Source: an uncultured Erysipelotrichaceae bacterium
GTDB taxonomy: Bacteria; Bacillota_I; Bacilli_A; RFN20; CAG-826
NCBI GenBank assembly: GCA_902777015.1
Contig: CACYSA010000003.1
Location: 13,471 to 77,470, forward strand
Reading direction: 5' to 3'
Length of the DNA: 64,000 nt
Position 1 is the stretch's first letter. Every line of letters begins with the position of its first letter. A program made the position numbers and the translations under genes. The notes below the pieces were generated by a model, which did not search any database, was not told the origin of the DNA, and saw nothing but the letters and a program-made list of their open reading frames with translations. Positions 10,125 through 21,088 of the stretch are shown piece by piece.

Positions 10125-10730
10125 ATGAGACAAAAGTTTGATACAAGAACAATTGTGATTACTGGCCTTCTATTGGCCTTGGAAGTCATCTTCCAAACAT
10201 TAGGTAATTATATTCAATTCCCTTTCTTGCCCGCCAATATCAATCTCACTTTAGTGACTGTTGTTTTAGCCGCTGTTTGGTGTGGTCCAATTTCAGCAAT
10301 GATTTTGGGATTTTTTAATGGCATTATGGCGTTATTTTCACCATCTACATTAGCGATATTTATGCCAATTAGCCCTGTTGGAACTGTTGTTGTGTGCTTA
10401 TTAAAATGCACAATCGCGGGTCTAGTGGCTAGCCTTATTTATCACGGATTTAACAAAATTAACCGTATCGTAGGTATGACCGCTGGTGTGATATTAGCAA
10501 GCGCGGCTGTGCCAATAATTAATACAGGCTTATTCTCTGTTGGCAGTCTTATCTTCTTTAGACCATTCTTAGAAAGTGGTGTTAATGAGACTTTCCCAAA
10601 TATCGGAGCCTTCCTCGTCTTTGGTGTTATTGGTCTTAACTTTATCGTTGAAATAGTCACAACTGTTTTGATTGCGCCACCATCTGCTGCCATTGTTTTA
10701 GGTAGAAGAGTGAAAAATCCAGCAGCTTAG
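10125..10730 (+). CDS. polytopic membrane protein, possibly an ECF-transporter S component
   Basis: 201 aa with 5-6 TM helices; the size and topology resemble S components. RBS AAAGGAG lies 7 nt upstream. Family assignment is tentative. Confidence 0.4.
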   Translation: MRQKFDTRTIVITGLLLALEVIFQTLGNYIQFPFLPANINLTLVTVVLAAVWCGPISAMILGFFNGIMALFSPSTLAIFMPISPVGTVVVCLLKCTIAGLVASLIYHGFNKINRIVGMTAGVILASAAVPIINTGLFSVGSLIFFRPFLESGVNETFPNIGAFLVFGVIGLNFIVEIVTTVLIAPPSAAIVLGRRVKNPAA

Positions 10731-10768
10731 TCTTTGTTTTTGTTAGCAATTATCGTTATCATATTGAT

Positions 10769-12019
10769 ATGCAAAAACCTTTAGCGGATCTTTTAAGACC
10801 AGAATCTTTACAAGATATGGTGGGTCAACACCATCTTTTAGATGATGGTACTGTCTTTAGAAAAAGTATTGATTCTAATCACATTACCAACATGGTTTTT
10901 TATGGTCCTCCAGGTGTTGGTAAAACAACACTCGCTAACATCATTGCGAAAAATTCTAATCTATCTTTATATAAATTAAACGGCACTAATGCATCGATTG
11001 ATGACATCAAGAATGTCATAAAAGAAGCTGATAGTTTCTTAAATCACCAAGGTGTTTTACTCTATTTGGATGAAATCCAATATCTTAATAAGAAACAACA
11101 ACAATCTCTTTTAGAGTTTGTGGAATCTGGTGATATTACTTTAATTGCCTCCACAACAGAAAACCCATATTTTTATGTCTATCCCGCTTTATTATCTCGT
11201 TGCACAGTCTTCGAATTTAAAGCCTTACAAGTAGATGACATCAAAGAAGGATTATTAAAAGCTTGTGATAAATTAGGCTTAAAGATTAATGATGATGCTT
11301 TAGAAACATTAGCGCTAGCCTCTAATGGTGATATGCGTAAAGCGCTTAATAATTTAGATTTCATCTTTGGAGCGCTTAATCAAACTAGAGTCATTGATAA
11401 CGATTTAGTTAAAGGTCTAATTGATAAAGCTAATATTGCTTATGATCGAAGTGAAGATAAACACTTTGATACATTAAGTGCCTTTATGAAATCTTTAAGA
11501 GGTAGTGACCCAGACGCAGCGATATTCTATTTAGCAAAGTTACTTAAAGGTGGAGATATCATTGCCGCTTCACGTAGGTTATTATGTTCAGTGAGTGAAG
11601 ATGTTGGTTTAGCCTATCCTCAACTCATTCCAATTGTTAAAGCTTGCGTTGATAGCGCTTTACAACTTGGCATGCCAGAAGCGAGATTACCGCTTGCTAA
11701 CGCAACGATATTAATCGCTACCGCTCCAAAGAGTAATAGTGCTTATTTAGCGGTCGATTCCGCAATGATGGATATTGATCAAGGTAAAGGCACAACTGTC
11801 CCAAGAAATTTACAAAATACCCACTTTGATGGTGCGGACGCCAAAGTTAAAGGACAACACTATATTTACCCACATGACTTTGAAAATCACTACGTGGAAC
11901 AACAATATCTTCCTGATGATTTAAAGAAGAGAAAATATTATATTCCACAAGAAAATAAAAATGAGCAATCATTTAAAGAATATTGGGATAAAATCAAGAA
12001 AAATAATAAGAAGAAATAA
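10769..12019 (+). CDS. rarA: replication-associated recombination protein A (MgsA/RarA AAA+ ATPase)
   Basis: LRPESLQDMVGQHHLL, Walker A GPPGVGKTT, Walker B LYLDEIQ, and a C-terminal MgsA domain (SDPDAAIFYLAKLL). Confidence 0.85.
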   Translation: MQKPLADLLRPESLQDMVGQHHLLDDGTVFRKSIDSNHITNMVFYGPPGVGKTTLANIIAKNSNLSLYKLNGTNASIDDIKNVIKEADSFLNHQGVLLYLDEIQYLNKKQQQSLLEFVESGDITLIASTTENPYFYVYPALLSRCTVFEFKALQVDDIKEGLLKACDKLGLKINDDALETLALASNGDMRKALNNLDFIFGALNQTRVIDNDLVKGLIDKANIAYDRSEDKHFDTLSAFMKSLRGSDPDAAIFYLAKLLKGGDIIAASRRLLCSVSEDVGLAYPQLIPIVKACVDSALQLGMPEARLPLANATILIATAPKSNSAYLAVDSAMMDIDQGKGTTVPRNLQNTHFDGADAKVKGQHYIYPHDFENHYVEQQYLPDDLKKRKYYIPQENKNEQSFKEYWDKIKKNNKKK

Positions 12020-12021
12020 TT

Positions 12022-12936
12022 ATGGATTCATTAAAAACATTGATGGATAAAAAGCAATATGAACTAGTCTTGAAGATTACAGAAAATTCTCAAGATTCTT
12101 TAAGTTTGTTTTATCGTTTAAGTGCCTTACTCGCGGTTAATCGTATTAATGATGCTTTATCTTTAATTAAAGAAAAAAGACAATACCTTCTTTCTAAACC
12201 GGGTATCTTAATGAAAATCCATATTGAGATTCTTTGCATGATGGCTAAATTCGATGAAGCTTATGAAGAGCTTAATTACTATAAAGAATTACCATATGAA
12301 AACCAACAAACAGAAGAACTATTAAGATATTTACCAAAATACATTAGAGAAGAAGAATTAAAGTTCTATAAACGTCGAGAAGTAGGTCAAGAAGAGATTA
12401 GAAAAAAGTTGCTCAGTAAGAATGATACTGATGTTTTAACAGCCTTAGATGCAGTCAGAGGACAAGACTTACAGGCCTTCCTTTTACCAATTCTTAATAT
12501 TCTAAAAACATATCCAAGGCAAATGATTCGTTCTTATGCTTTGCTTCTTTTAGTGGCTAAATCTTACGACAAAGTCATCTCTTTCTTATCACAAGGTCAA
12601 TTAATTGAAATTAAACCTTCTGAATTAAAAGATCCATTTGTCTTACCAAATATTGGTGATATTGAGGCTATTTCGCAGTTATTCCAAAACGCTTATCATA
12701 ATCCTTCATTAGCCCAAAATGCGATTAATATTCTTTCTTCGTATTTGATTTACATCTATCCAAATTCTATTAAATATTCCGCTGATCAATTAATTGTCAT
12801 CTTTGGCTTTTTAGCGGAAGATCTTTTAAAAACTAATGATGTTGATTTAGATAAGATGTGTGCTTTAAGAAATCTCGATCAACAAGAAACACTTAAAGAA
12901 ATTAATAAAATTAAAGCGCTGCTGGAAGATTTTTGA
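12022..12936 (+). CDS. hypothetical helical-repeat protein
   Basis: 304-aa ORF starting 2 nt after the rarA stop. Helix-rich, TPR-like composition. No family recognised. Confidence 0.45.
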   Translation: MDSLKTLMDKKQYELVLKITENSQDSLSLFYRLSALLAVNRINDALSLIKEKRQYLLSKPGILMKIHIEILCMMAKFDEAYEELNYYKELPYENQQTEELLRYLPKYIREEELKFYKRREVGQEEIRKKLLSKNDTDVLTALDAVRGQDLQAFLLPILNILKTYPRQMIRSYALLLLVAKSYDKVISFLSQGQLIEIKPSELKDPFVLPNIGDIEAISQLFQNAYHNPSLAQNAINILSSYLIYIYPNSIKYSADQLIVIFGFLAEDLLKTNDVDLDKMCALRNLDQQETLKEINKIKALLEDF

Positions 12937-12961
12937 TTCCAAAAGTTCTTTATAAGAAACT

Positions 12962-12990
12962 ACAAGCGCTTTGTGCTTGTTTTTTATTTT
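12962..12990 (+). terminator. Rho-independent terminator
   Basis: Stem ACAAGC/GCTTGT (12962-12967 / 12975-12980) followed by TTTTTATTTT. Confidence 0.6.
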
Positions 12991-13043
12991 ACACACGTGC
13001 TATATTATTACACGCACACAACTTGAAAGGATAAATATTAATC

Positions 13044-14321
13044 ATGGAAAGAAAAGTAACCAAGTTAGAACATTGCCATACCGAAGTATTAGTGAATGTT
13101 GACAAAGATTTATGGAAAAAAGCCCAAAACAAAGCTTTCAATAAACTTGCCGCTAATGTGACGGTTCCTGGCTTCCGCAAAGGCAAAGCCCCAGCTAATA
13201 TGCTCAAAGGCCACATTGATCAAATGAGAGTCTTTAATGAAGCCATCAATAATGTCTTACAACCTGTGTATGAAGACGTATTAAGAGAAGAAAAAATTCA
13301 ACCAATGGCGAGACCATCATTCGATGTCACCAAATTAAGTGAAGAAGAATTAGAAGTCAAAGTGACTATTGCTACACGTCCAGAAGTTGAACTCGGTAAA
13401 TATACCGATTACAAATTAGGCAAAGAAAAAGTGGAAGTTACCGATGAAGAAGTCGATGCTTCTATTGAAGCTTTAAGAAAACAAAACGCAACCATCGCTC
13501 CAAAAGATGGCCAAGCCGAAAAAGGTGACACAGTTGTCATGGACTTCGAAGGTTTTGTCGAAGGTGTCCCATTTGAAGGTGGCAAAGCCGAAAACTACGA
13601 ATTAGAACTCGGTAGTGGCGCTTTCATCCCAGGTTTCGAAGACCAATTAGTGGGTGCTTCCGCGGGCATTGAAGTGGAAGTTAAAGTCAAATTCCCAGAA
13701 AACTATGGTCCAGATGAAATCTCTGGTAAAGATGCGACATTCAAATGCACAATTCACGAAGTGAAACAAAAAGTTTTACCAGCCTTAGATGAAGAATTCA
13801 TCAAAGACTTAAACATCCCAGAAGTCAAAACAATTGACGAACTCAAAGCTAACCGTAAAGAAGCTTTACAAAAACAAAAAGAAGATGCCGCTAGACAAGC
13901 TTACTTAAATAAACTTGTTGATGAAATCAAGAAAGTTTCTAAATTCGATATCGCTGACGAAATCATCGCTGAAGAAAAAGAGAATCGTAAGAAAGATATG
14001 GAAAATAGACTTAAACAATCTGGTATCGATCTCGAACAATACTTAGTCTTAACAAAGACCAGCCAAGAAGATTTTGATAAGCAAATGAGCGAAGAAGCCA
14101 GAAAAGGCTTAGAATCATTCCTCGTCATGGATAACGTTGGTATTAAAGAAAACTTATCCGTTTCTGATGAAGAATTAGACGCTGAACTTACCAAGATGGG
14201 CGAACAATACAAGATGAGCTTAGAACAAATCAAGCAAGCTTTAGGTCAACAATTACCTAACTTCAGACACAATATGCTCATGCAAAAGATTGAAAAATTC
14301 TTATACGAAAACAATAAGTAA
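13044..14321 (+). CDS. tig: trigger factor
   Basis: 425 aa with an N-terminal ribosome-binding motif (GFRKGKAP) and a central FKBP domain (VMDFEGFVEGVPFEGG). Conserved tig-lon-engB order. Confidence 0.9.
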   Translation: MERKVTKLEHCHTEVLVNVDKDLWKKAQNKAFNKLAANVTVPGFRKGKAPANMLKGHIDQMRVFNEAINNVLQPVYEDVLREEKIQPMARPSFDVTKLSEEELEVKVTIATRPEVELGKYTDYKLGKEKVEVTDEEVDASIEALRKQNATIAPKDGQAEKGDTVVMDFEGFVEGVPFEGGKAENYELELGSGAFIPGFEDQLVGASAGIEVEVKVKFPENYGPDEISGKDATFKCTIHEVKQKVLPALDEEFIKDLNIPEVKTIDELKANRKEALQKQKEDAARQAYLNKLVDEIKKVSKFDIADEIIAEEKENRKKDMENRLKQSGIDLEQYLVLTKTSQEDFDKQMSEEARKGLESFLVMDNVGIKENLSVSDEELDAELTKMGEQYKMSLEQIKQALGQQLPNFRHNMLMQKIEKFLYENNK

Positions 14322-14343
14322 TTATTATTAAGGAGGTATTTTC

Positions 14344-16671
14344 ATGAACGAAAGACCCCAAACATTAACATTACCATTACTACCTACACGTAGTTTTGTC
14401 CTCTTCCCAAGCACGATTCAACCAATCGAAGCGGGAAGAACTTTCTCTATCAATGCCATTCACGCAGCGCATTTACAAGCCGATTCGCTTTTATTTGTCG
14501 CTTGCCAAAAGAACCCAAATGACGAAGTCATTGATTTCGATTCCATTTATCACGTTGGTTCTTTATGCCGCATTGTCTCAATCATCGAAAAAGGCGATTT
14601 AGTCCGTGTGAGAGTGGACGTTGTTGAAAGAATCGTTTTAAACGAAATCTCTTTCGACCAAGTCAATGGCTATTATGTCGCTAATGCGACTGTGAATAAT
14701 GTGCCAATGGTGGATGATCTCACTAATGAATCATTATCACGCGCCATTGTTGATAAGTTAAATAACTTACCAAACGTCTTATCATTATTAAATAAATCCA
14801 CTCTTAACCAAATTAACAAAGTTAAAGACGCTGTTTCTTTATGCTATATCTTAGCGAGCAATCTCCAATGCTCAACTGAAGAAAAGCAAGCTATTTTAGA
14901 ATGCAACAACGTCAATGACTTAATGGGTAAAATCTTATTACTCATCTCTGGAGAACAAACCAAAGCGCAAATTGATGAAAACATTGCTAACTCAGTGAGA
15001 GAATCAAGTGAAAAAGCGCAAAAAGAATATTTCTTAAGAGAAAAATTAAAAGCGATTAAGAAAGAACTTGGTGAAAATACAGATGGTCAAAATTCTCCAG
15101 AATCTATCTTAGAAAAGTTAGAAAAGAATCCTTATCCAGAAAACATCATAAAGAAAGTTAAAGCGGAACTTTCTAAATTCGATATGATGCCTCAAGGCAG
15201 TTTAGAGGCCGCTTTAATTCAAAGCTATTTAGATGTTTTAATGAACATCCCATGGTGGGAAAAGACCGAAGATGATGAAGACTTAAAACATGTTGAATCT
15301 ATCTTAGATGAAGACCATTATGGCTTAGAAGAACCAAAGAAGAGAATTGTCGAATATTTAGCCATTAAGAAATTAACTGGTAACTTAAAATCCCCAATTC
15401 TTTGCTTCTACGGTCCTCCAGGTACAGGTAAGACTTCTTTAGGTAAATCCATCGCTAGAGCGTTAGGAAGAAAATTCTTCAAAGCGTCTTTAGGTGGTAT
15501 TTCTGATGAAGCGGAAATACGTGGCCATAGAAGAACATATGTCGGTGCTCTCCCAGGCCGTATTATTCAAGGCATGAGAAAAGCCGGAGTGACTAACCCA
15601 GTATTTTTACTCGATGAAGTCGATAAACTCGCTTCTAGCTACAAAGGCGACCCCGCCAGTGCGTTATTAGAAGTCTTAGACCCAGAACAAAATACACAGT
15701 TCAACGATAACTATGTCGAAGAACCATACGATTTAAGCGATGTCTTATTCATTTGTACTGCGAACTATTTAGAAAATATTCCTGGTCCATTAAGAGATCG
15801 TTTAGAACTCATTCAATTATCTTCTTATACCGAAATCGAGAAGATGCACATTGTTAAGGAACACTTAATCAAAAAGCAAATCGCTCTTAACGGTTTAAAA
15901 GAAGACCAAGTCGTCTTTGAAGACGATGCCTTAAGATTCATCATCCGTTCTTATACTAGAGAAGCGGGTGTCCGCGAACTTGAAAGAAAGATTGCTTCTT
16001 GCTTAAGAAAAGTCGCAGTTAACTTTGTTAAAGATCCTAATATCGGTGTCACCACAATTAATGTGGACAAAGTTAAAGAATTCTTAGGTGTCCCATTCTT
16101 TGAAGACACACAAAAAGAAAAAGAACCACAAGTCGGTGTTGTTACTGGCTTAGCCTATACTGAGTATGGTGGCGATATTTTACCAATCGAAGTTAATTAC
16201 TTTAAAGGTAAAGGCGCACTGATCTTAACTGGTCACTTAGGTGACGTCATGAAAGAATCAGCCTCTATTGCCCTTGACTATGTCAAGAGTAACGCTGAAG
16301 AATTCAAAGTTGACCCAGATATCTTCGCGAATAACGATATCCATATTCACGTTCCAGAAGGTGCTGTTCCTAAAGATGGTCCAAGTGCGGGTGTAGCGAT
16401 GACTTGTGCGATTATCTCTTGTTTAAGCAAACGTCCAGTATCTCCTGACGTAGCGATGACTGGTGAAGTGACCTTAAGAGGACAAGCTTTACCAATCGGT
16501 GGCTTAAGAGAGAAATCACTTGCCGCTTTAAGAAGTGGTATTAAAAAGATTGTCGTTCCAAAAGACAATAAGAAAGATGTTGAAGAACTTCCAAAGGAAG
16601 TTAAAGAATCACTTCAAATTGTCTATATGTCTTCAGTGGAAGACGCTGTCAAAGAAAGTTTCGCTAATTAA
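14344..16671 (+). CDS. lon: ATP-dependent protease Lon
   Basis: LON N-domain, Walker A GPPGTGKTS, and protease active-site region KDGPSAGVAM. 775 aa. Confidence 0.95.
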   Translation: MNERPQTLTLPLLPTRSFVLFPSTIQPIEAGRTFSINAIHAAHLQADSLLFVACQKNPNDEVIDFDSIYHVGSLCRIVSIIEKGDLVRVRVDVVERIVLNEISFDQVNGYYVANATVNNVPMVDDLTNESLSRAIVDKLNNLPNVLSLLNKSTLNQINKVKDAVSLCYILASNLQCSTEEKQAILECNNVNDLMGKILLLISGEQTKAQIDENIANSVRESSEKAQKEYFLREKLKAIKKELGENTDGQNSPESILEKLEKNPYPENIIKKVKAELSKFDMMPQGSLEAALIQSYLDVLMNIPWWEKTEDDEDLKHVESILDEDHYGLEEPKKRIVEYLAIKKLTGNLKSPILCFYGPPGTGKTSLGKSIARALGRKFFKASLGGISDEAEIRGHRRTYVGALPGRIIQGMRKAGVTNPVFLLDEVDKLASSYKGDPASALLEVLDPEQNTQFNDNYVEEPYDLSDVLFICTANYLENIPGPLRDRLELIQLSSYTEIEKMHIVKEHLIKKQIALNGLKEDQVVFEDDALRFIIRSYTREAGVRELERKIASCLRKVAVNFVKDPNIGVTTINVDKVKEFLGVPFFEDTQKEKEPQVGVVTGLAYTEYGGDILPIEVNYFKGKGALILTGHLGDVMKESASIALDYVKSNAEEFKVDPDIFANNDIHIHVPEGAVPKDGPSAGVAMTCAIISCLSKRPVSPDVAMTGEVTLRGQALPIGGLREKSLAALRSGIKKIVVPKDNKKDVEELPKEVKESLQIVYMSSVEDAVKESFAN

Positions 16672-17249
16672 TGATTAACTTTACCAACGCGACATTTATC
16701 AAATCATGCCCAAATAGGCAAGAAAGACCTCAGGGAAACAAACCTGAGGTTTTAATCGTCGGTAGAAGTAACGTTGGTAAATCATCATTGATTAATGCTT
16801 TAACTAATAAAAAGAAGTTGGCTTTTGCTTCATCAAAACCTGGTCATACGCGCTTATTAAATTATTTTGATATAGATAATCAATTCTTTTTAGTGGACGC
16901 TCCTGGCTATGGTTACGCTAAAGGTGGAATTGACCTTGACCGCCTATTTGGCGAAATGATGGAAACATATTTCGTTAGTAATAATGAATTAAAACTAGTT
17001 TTAGTCTTATTAGATGCCAGAAGAGAAGCCACTCCTGAAGATATTGAAATCATTAATTATTGTAAAGAAAACAATATTAATTATTATTTAGTAATAACTA
17101 AGACAGACAAGGTCAACCAAAAAGAAAAAGCGGCGCTTAATAAACGTTTAAAAGAAAAAGAAATTCCGTTTGAACAAGTTTATTACACATCCGCTTTAAA
17201 AAGTGGTAGTCTCGACCTTTTGAAAAAAGGGATTGAGAAAAGCCTATAG
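16671..17249 (+). CDS. engB: ribosome-biogenesis GTPase EngB (YsxC/YihA)
   Basis: G1 GRSNVGKSS, G3 DAPGYG, G4 TKTDK. 192 aa, located downstream of lon. Confidence 0.9.
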   Translation: MINFTNATFIKSCPNRQERPQGNKPEVLIVGRSNVGKSSLINALTNKKKLAFASSKPGHTRLLNYFDIDNQFFLVDAPGYGYAKGGIDLDRLFGEMMETYFVSNNELKLVLVLLDARREATPEDIEIINYCKENNINYYLVITKTDKVNQKEKAALNKRLKEKEIPFEQVYYTSALKSGSLDLLKKGIEKSL

Positions 17250-17267
17250 TTTTGTATAATAAGTAAG

Positions 17268-17466
17268 TCCAGTGAAGAAGAGGAGTAATCTATCTCTTCA
17301 TCAATAGAGAGTCGAGGATGGTGGAAGCTCGATGGTGAAAATAGATGAAGGTCGCTTTGGAGGAATAGTTGCCTAGCGAAAATAGGTTAAATAAGTGCAT
17401 CCTTATTGGATGAACTAAGGTGGTACCGCGCATATAGCGTCCTTAGAATAGGGCGCTTTTATTTTT
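17268..17466 (+). promoter_or_regulatory. T-box riboswitch leader of valS
   Basis: Stem I elements (AGAGAG...GGTGGAAG) and the T-box sequence AACTAAGGTGGTACCGCG (17413-17430). Terminator GCGTCC..GGGCGC followed by TTTTATTTTT (17437-17466). Candidate Val specifier GTC at 17351-17353. TATAAT at 17255-17260 lies upstream. Confidence 0.8.
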
Positions 17467-17478
17467 AGGAGGGTAGTT

Positions 17479-20073
17479 ATGTTAGATAAACGCTACAATC
17501 ATCTCGAAGTCGAGAAAGACAAATATCAGAATTGGAAAAGTAAAGGTTACTTTGCTTGTGGTGATAAAAGTAAAGATCCTTTTAGCATTGTCATCCCACC
17601 TCCAAACGTTACTGGTAAACTTCATATTGGTCACGCTTGGGATACAACAATTCAAGACATTATTGTCCGCTATAAAAAGATGCAAGGCTATGATGTTTTA
17701 TGGCTTCCAGGCTGCGATCACGCGGGTATTGCCACCCAAGCTAAAGTCATGGAAAAGCTCAGAAAAATGGGCATAGACGTGACAACAATCACGAAAGAAG
17801 AGTTTTTGAAGTGGGCTTGGAGCTGGAAAGATGAATACGCTAATACCATTCATGAACAATGGGCTCAAATGGGTTTAGCGCTAGATTATAATAAAGAAAG
17901 ATTCACCCTTGATGAAGGTCTTAACTACGCTGTTAGAACAGTGTTTGTCACCCTCTATAACAAAGGTCTTATCTATCAAGGCGAAAGAATTATTAACTGG
18001 GACCCAGTGCAAAAGACTGCCTTATCTAACGTTGAAGTTATTCACCAAGATGACAAGGGTTATATGTATTATTTTAAATACCCAGTTGTTGGTAGTGATG
18101 ACTATTTAATCGTGGCCACAACTAGACCAGAAACCATGTTTGGCGATGTCTGTGTGGTTGTTAATCCAAAAGATAAAAGATATACAAAATATCATGGAAA
18201 GAAGGTTATAAATCCTGCTAACCATGAAGAGTTACCAATCATTTGTGATGAATATGTTGACATCGAATTTGGTACAGGGGCGATGAAATGTACACCTGCT
18301 CATGACCCAAATGACTTTATCATCGGTGAGAAATATGGTTTTGAAAAACCTATTATCTTTAATAAAGATGCGACAATGAACGAGAAGTGTGGTCAATACC
18401 AAGGTTTAGATAGATTCGTTTGCCGTGAAGAATTAATTAAGAATATTGATAAAGAAGGTAACTTTGTTAAAAAAGAAGAAATTGTTCACCCAGTTGGTCA
18501 TAGTGAACGTTCTAACGCTGTTGTTGAACCAATGCTTTCTAAACAATGGTTCATTAAGATGAGACCACTCGCGGAACAAGCTCTTGCTAACCAAAAGAAA
18601 GAAAAAGACAAAGTAAATTTCGTTCCTGAAAGATTTGAAAAGATCTTTATTCAATGGATGGAAAAAGCGGAAGACTGGTGTATTTCCCGTCAATTATGGT
18701 GGGGTCACCAAATTCCTGCTTATTATAATAAGCATACAGGTGAAGTCAAAGTGCTTATGGATCCACCAGAAGATAAAGAAAACTGGGTCCAAGAAGAAGA
18801 TGTTCTTGATACTTGGTTCTCCAGTGCTTTATGGCCATTTTCCACAATGGGCTGGCCAAATAAGACCGCGGATTTAGAAAGATATTTCCCAACCGATGTC
18901 TTAGTTACTGGTTATGACATTATCTTCTTCTGGGTTTCTAGAATGATTTTCCAAAGCTTAGAAATGAATGGTGTGAGACCATTTAAAGAAGTTGTTATTC
19001 ATGGTCTTGTTAGAGATGAACTTGGCCGTAAAATGTCAAAGACATTAGGTAATGGCGTTGATCCAATGCAAGTCATCGCTGAATATGGCGCGGACGCTTT
19101 AAGATATTTCTTAACAACGAACAGCACACCAGGACAAGATATGCGCTATATCGATGAGAAAGTCCAAGCGGCTTCTAATTATTTAAATAAGATATGGAAT
19201 AGCGCGCGTTATGTCTTATCAGTTTTAGGCGATGATTATAAAGAAGTGGCCTTAGATAAAGCTAAGATGTCCGCTTTAGATCAATGGATTATTAATAGAC
19301 TTAATACCACAATTAAAAACGTCACCATGAACATGGATAAATATGACTTTAATGCGGCTAGTAACCATTTATATAACTTCGTTTATGATGATTTCTGCTC
19401 ACAATATTTAGAGATGTCTAAAGTCGCTTTAAACAGCGATAACGAAGAAGCTAAAAACATTACAAAAGCTGTGTTAATTAAGTGCTTGAAGAATATCATT
19501 CTTCTCATCTATCCTTACACTCCATTTATCGCTGAAGAATTATATTGCTCATTACCAAACCATTTAGATTCAGTGATGCTTGAAACTTATCCAGTTTATG
19601 AAAGTGATTTAGTCAATTTTGATAAAGACAATCAAGTCGACTTATTGTTTAATCTCATTAAGGATGTCCGTAACTATAAGATCGAAAACAAATTAGCGCC
19701 AAACGCTAAACTTGACTTATCTTTATTAATTAAAGAAGAAGTCTTCTCTGATTTCTTAACGTATTTAAGAAGATTCACTTTCTCCGATGTGAAATTACTT
19801 AATAAAGGTGAACATGTTGATGGCGAAGGTCATGTCTATAATGAAGCGGAACTCTATATTGTTAGTAACGACAATAAAGATGAACTTCTCGCTAAATTAG
19901 ATAAAGATATCGAAACACTCACTAATGAGATTAGAAGATGCGAAAATATGCTCAATAATCCTAACTTTATTAATAAAGCCCCAGAAGCAAAAGTTTCTCT
20001 TGAAAGAGAAAAACTTGCTAAACACCAAGAGAACTTGCAAGTTTTATTAGAAAAAAGAAAGAAAATTGCATAA
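17479..20073 (+). CDS. valS: valine--tRNA ligase
   Basis: HIGH motif (PNVTGKLHIGHA), KMSKS motif (KMSKTLGN), and a C-terminal coiled coil. 864 aa. Confidence 0.95.
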   Translation: MLDKRYNHLEVEKDKYQNWKSKGYFACGDKSKDPFSIVIPPPNVTGKLHIGHAWDTTIQDIIVRYKKMQGYDVLWLPGCDHAGIATQAKVMEKLRKMGIDVTTITKEEFLKWAWSWKDEYANTIHEQWAQMGLALDYNKERFTLDEGLNYAVRTVFVTLYNKGLIYQGERIINWDPVQKTALSNVEVIHQDDKGYMYYFKYPVVGSDDYLIVATTRPETMFGDVCVVVNPKDKRYTKYHGKKVINPANHEELPIICDEYVDIEFGTGAMKCTPAHDPNDFIIGEKYGFEKPIIFNKDATMNEKCGQYQGLDRFVCREELIKNIDKEGNFVKKEEIVHPVGHSERSNAVVEPMLSKQWFIKMRPLAEQALANQKKEKDKVNFVPERFEKIFIQWMEKAEDWCISRQLWWGHQIPAYYNKHTGEVKVLMDPPEDKENWVQEEDVLDTWFSSALWPFSTMGWPNKTADLERYFPTDVLVTGYDIIFFWVSRMIFQSLEMNGVRPFKEVVIHGLVRDELGRKMSKTLGNGVDPMQVIAEYGADALRYFLTTNSTPGQDMRYIDEKVQAASNYLNKIWNSARYVLSVLGDDYKEVALDKAKMSALDQWIINRLNTTIKNVTMNMDKYDFNAASNHLYNFVYDDFCSQYLEMSKVALNSDNEEAKNITKAVLIKCLKNIILLIYPYTPFIAEELYCSLPNHLDSVMLETYPVYESDLVNFDKDNQVDLLFNLIKDVRNYKIENKLAPNAKLDLSLLIKEEVFSDFLTYLRRFTFSDVKLLNKGEHVDGEGHVYNEAELYIVSNDNKDELLAKLDKDIETLTNEIRRCENMLNNPNFINKAPEAKVSLEREKLAKHQENLQVLLEKRKKIA

Positions 20074-20095
20074 TTTTCGGACAAAATCGAAAAAA

Positions 20096-20127
20096 GCCTC
20101 CTACTAACAATATAGGAGGTTTTATTT
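20096..20127 (+). terminator. hairpin after valS that also contains the RBS of the next small ORF
   Basis: CCTCCT (20097-20102) pairs with AGGAGG (20114-20119), followed by TTTTATTT. Confidence 0.45.
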
Positions 20128-20310
20128 ATGAACTACACATTACTGACAAAAGAAGAAATGGAAAACCATTATGTGGGAGAGGCGATTACAGTCACCGCGG
20201 TGATGGCGCTTTTGTGCGCTGCAATCGTCGCCGTTGTTATTTACCGTTTGTTCCGCTCTAACAAGGGTGGAGTCAACATTCCAGGTGGCTGGAAGTTCTC
20301 TTGGAACTAA
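20128..20310 (+). CDS. small membrane protein (60 aa)
   Basis: Strong RBS AGGAGG 8 nt upstream and one TM helix (ITVTAVMALLCAAIVAVVIY). The stop overlaps the radC ATG (TAATG). Confidence 0.5.
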   Translation: MNYTLLTKEEMENHYVGEAITVTAVMALLCAAIVAVVIYRLFRSNKGGVNIPGGWKFSWN

Positions 20311-21023
20311 TGGCTAAGATTCAAGATTTAGGTTTTTTGGAAAAGCCCAGAGAAAAAGCCGAACGTTTTGGAATTGATAAGCTAACTGATTCTGAGCTTT
20401 TAGCGTTAATCATTAATGTCGGGACTATTGGTCATTCATCATTAGATATTGCTAGAGAAATGATGAGAGAAGCCAAGTCTTTGAACACATTAATTGGTAA
20501 ACCATATGAATATTATTTATCTTTTAAAGGCATTAATAAGGTTAACGCTTTAAAGCTCACTGCGGTCTATGAAATCTTAAAAAGAATCAATGAAAAGCAA
20601 CAGCTCATTTATGAAGAAAATAATGCTGTCACAAGTGAAACATTATTCAGGCGTTATTCTCTCTCATTAGCGGGTCAAAGTGTCGAACATTTCATTTTAG
20701 TTATTCTTAACAAGAATAAACAAATCATATTTGAAACAACTTTGTATAAGGGAGATAACTCCTGTTCGGTTGTTTCAAGTCGTGAAATTATTCGCTTATT
20801 AAGCATCCATAACGGCTATTATTTCTACTTGATTCATAACCATCCTAACGGCAACTTAAAACCAAGTCAAAGCGATATCGAATTCACTTTGACGGTCAAC
20901 AATAAAGCAAAGCAAATAGGGGTTAATCTTTTAGATCACTTAATCATTACAGACAAAGACTATTATTCATTTTTCAAAGATGAACTAACTCAAGATTTGG
21001 ATGAAGAGACTCCTATTAGTTAG
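20310..21023 (+). CDS. radC: RadC-family JAMM protein
   Basis: N-terminal HhH region (DSELLALII) and C-terminal JAMM motif HNHPNG..PSQSD. ATG 20310 is preferred over the TTG at 20301. Confidence 0.85.
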   Translation: MAKIQDLGFLEKPREKAERFGIDKLTDSELLALIINVGTIGHSSLDIAREMMREAKSLNTLIGKPYEYYLSFKGINKVNALKLTAVYEILKRINEKQQLIYEENNAVTSETLFRRYSLSLAGQSVEHFILVILNKNKQIIFETTLYKGDNSCSVVSSREIIRLLSIHNGYYFYLIHNHPNGNLKPSQSDIEFTLTVNNKAKQIGVNLLDHLIITDKDYYSFFKDELTQDLDEETPIS

Positions 21024-21053
21024 ATTTATTAGATTATTTTCTTAAATTTCTTA

Positions 21054-21082
21054 TTGAACGCTTTTATAACTTATGTTATATT
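21054..21082 (+). promoter_or_regulatory. sigma-A-type promoter of the rplU operon
   Basis: TTGAAC (21054-21059), a 17-nt spacer containing TGT, then TATATT (21077-21082). Confidence 0.5.
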
Positions 21083-21088
21083 ACATGC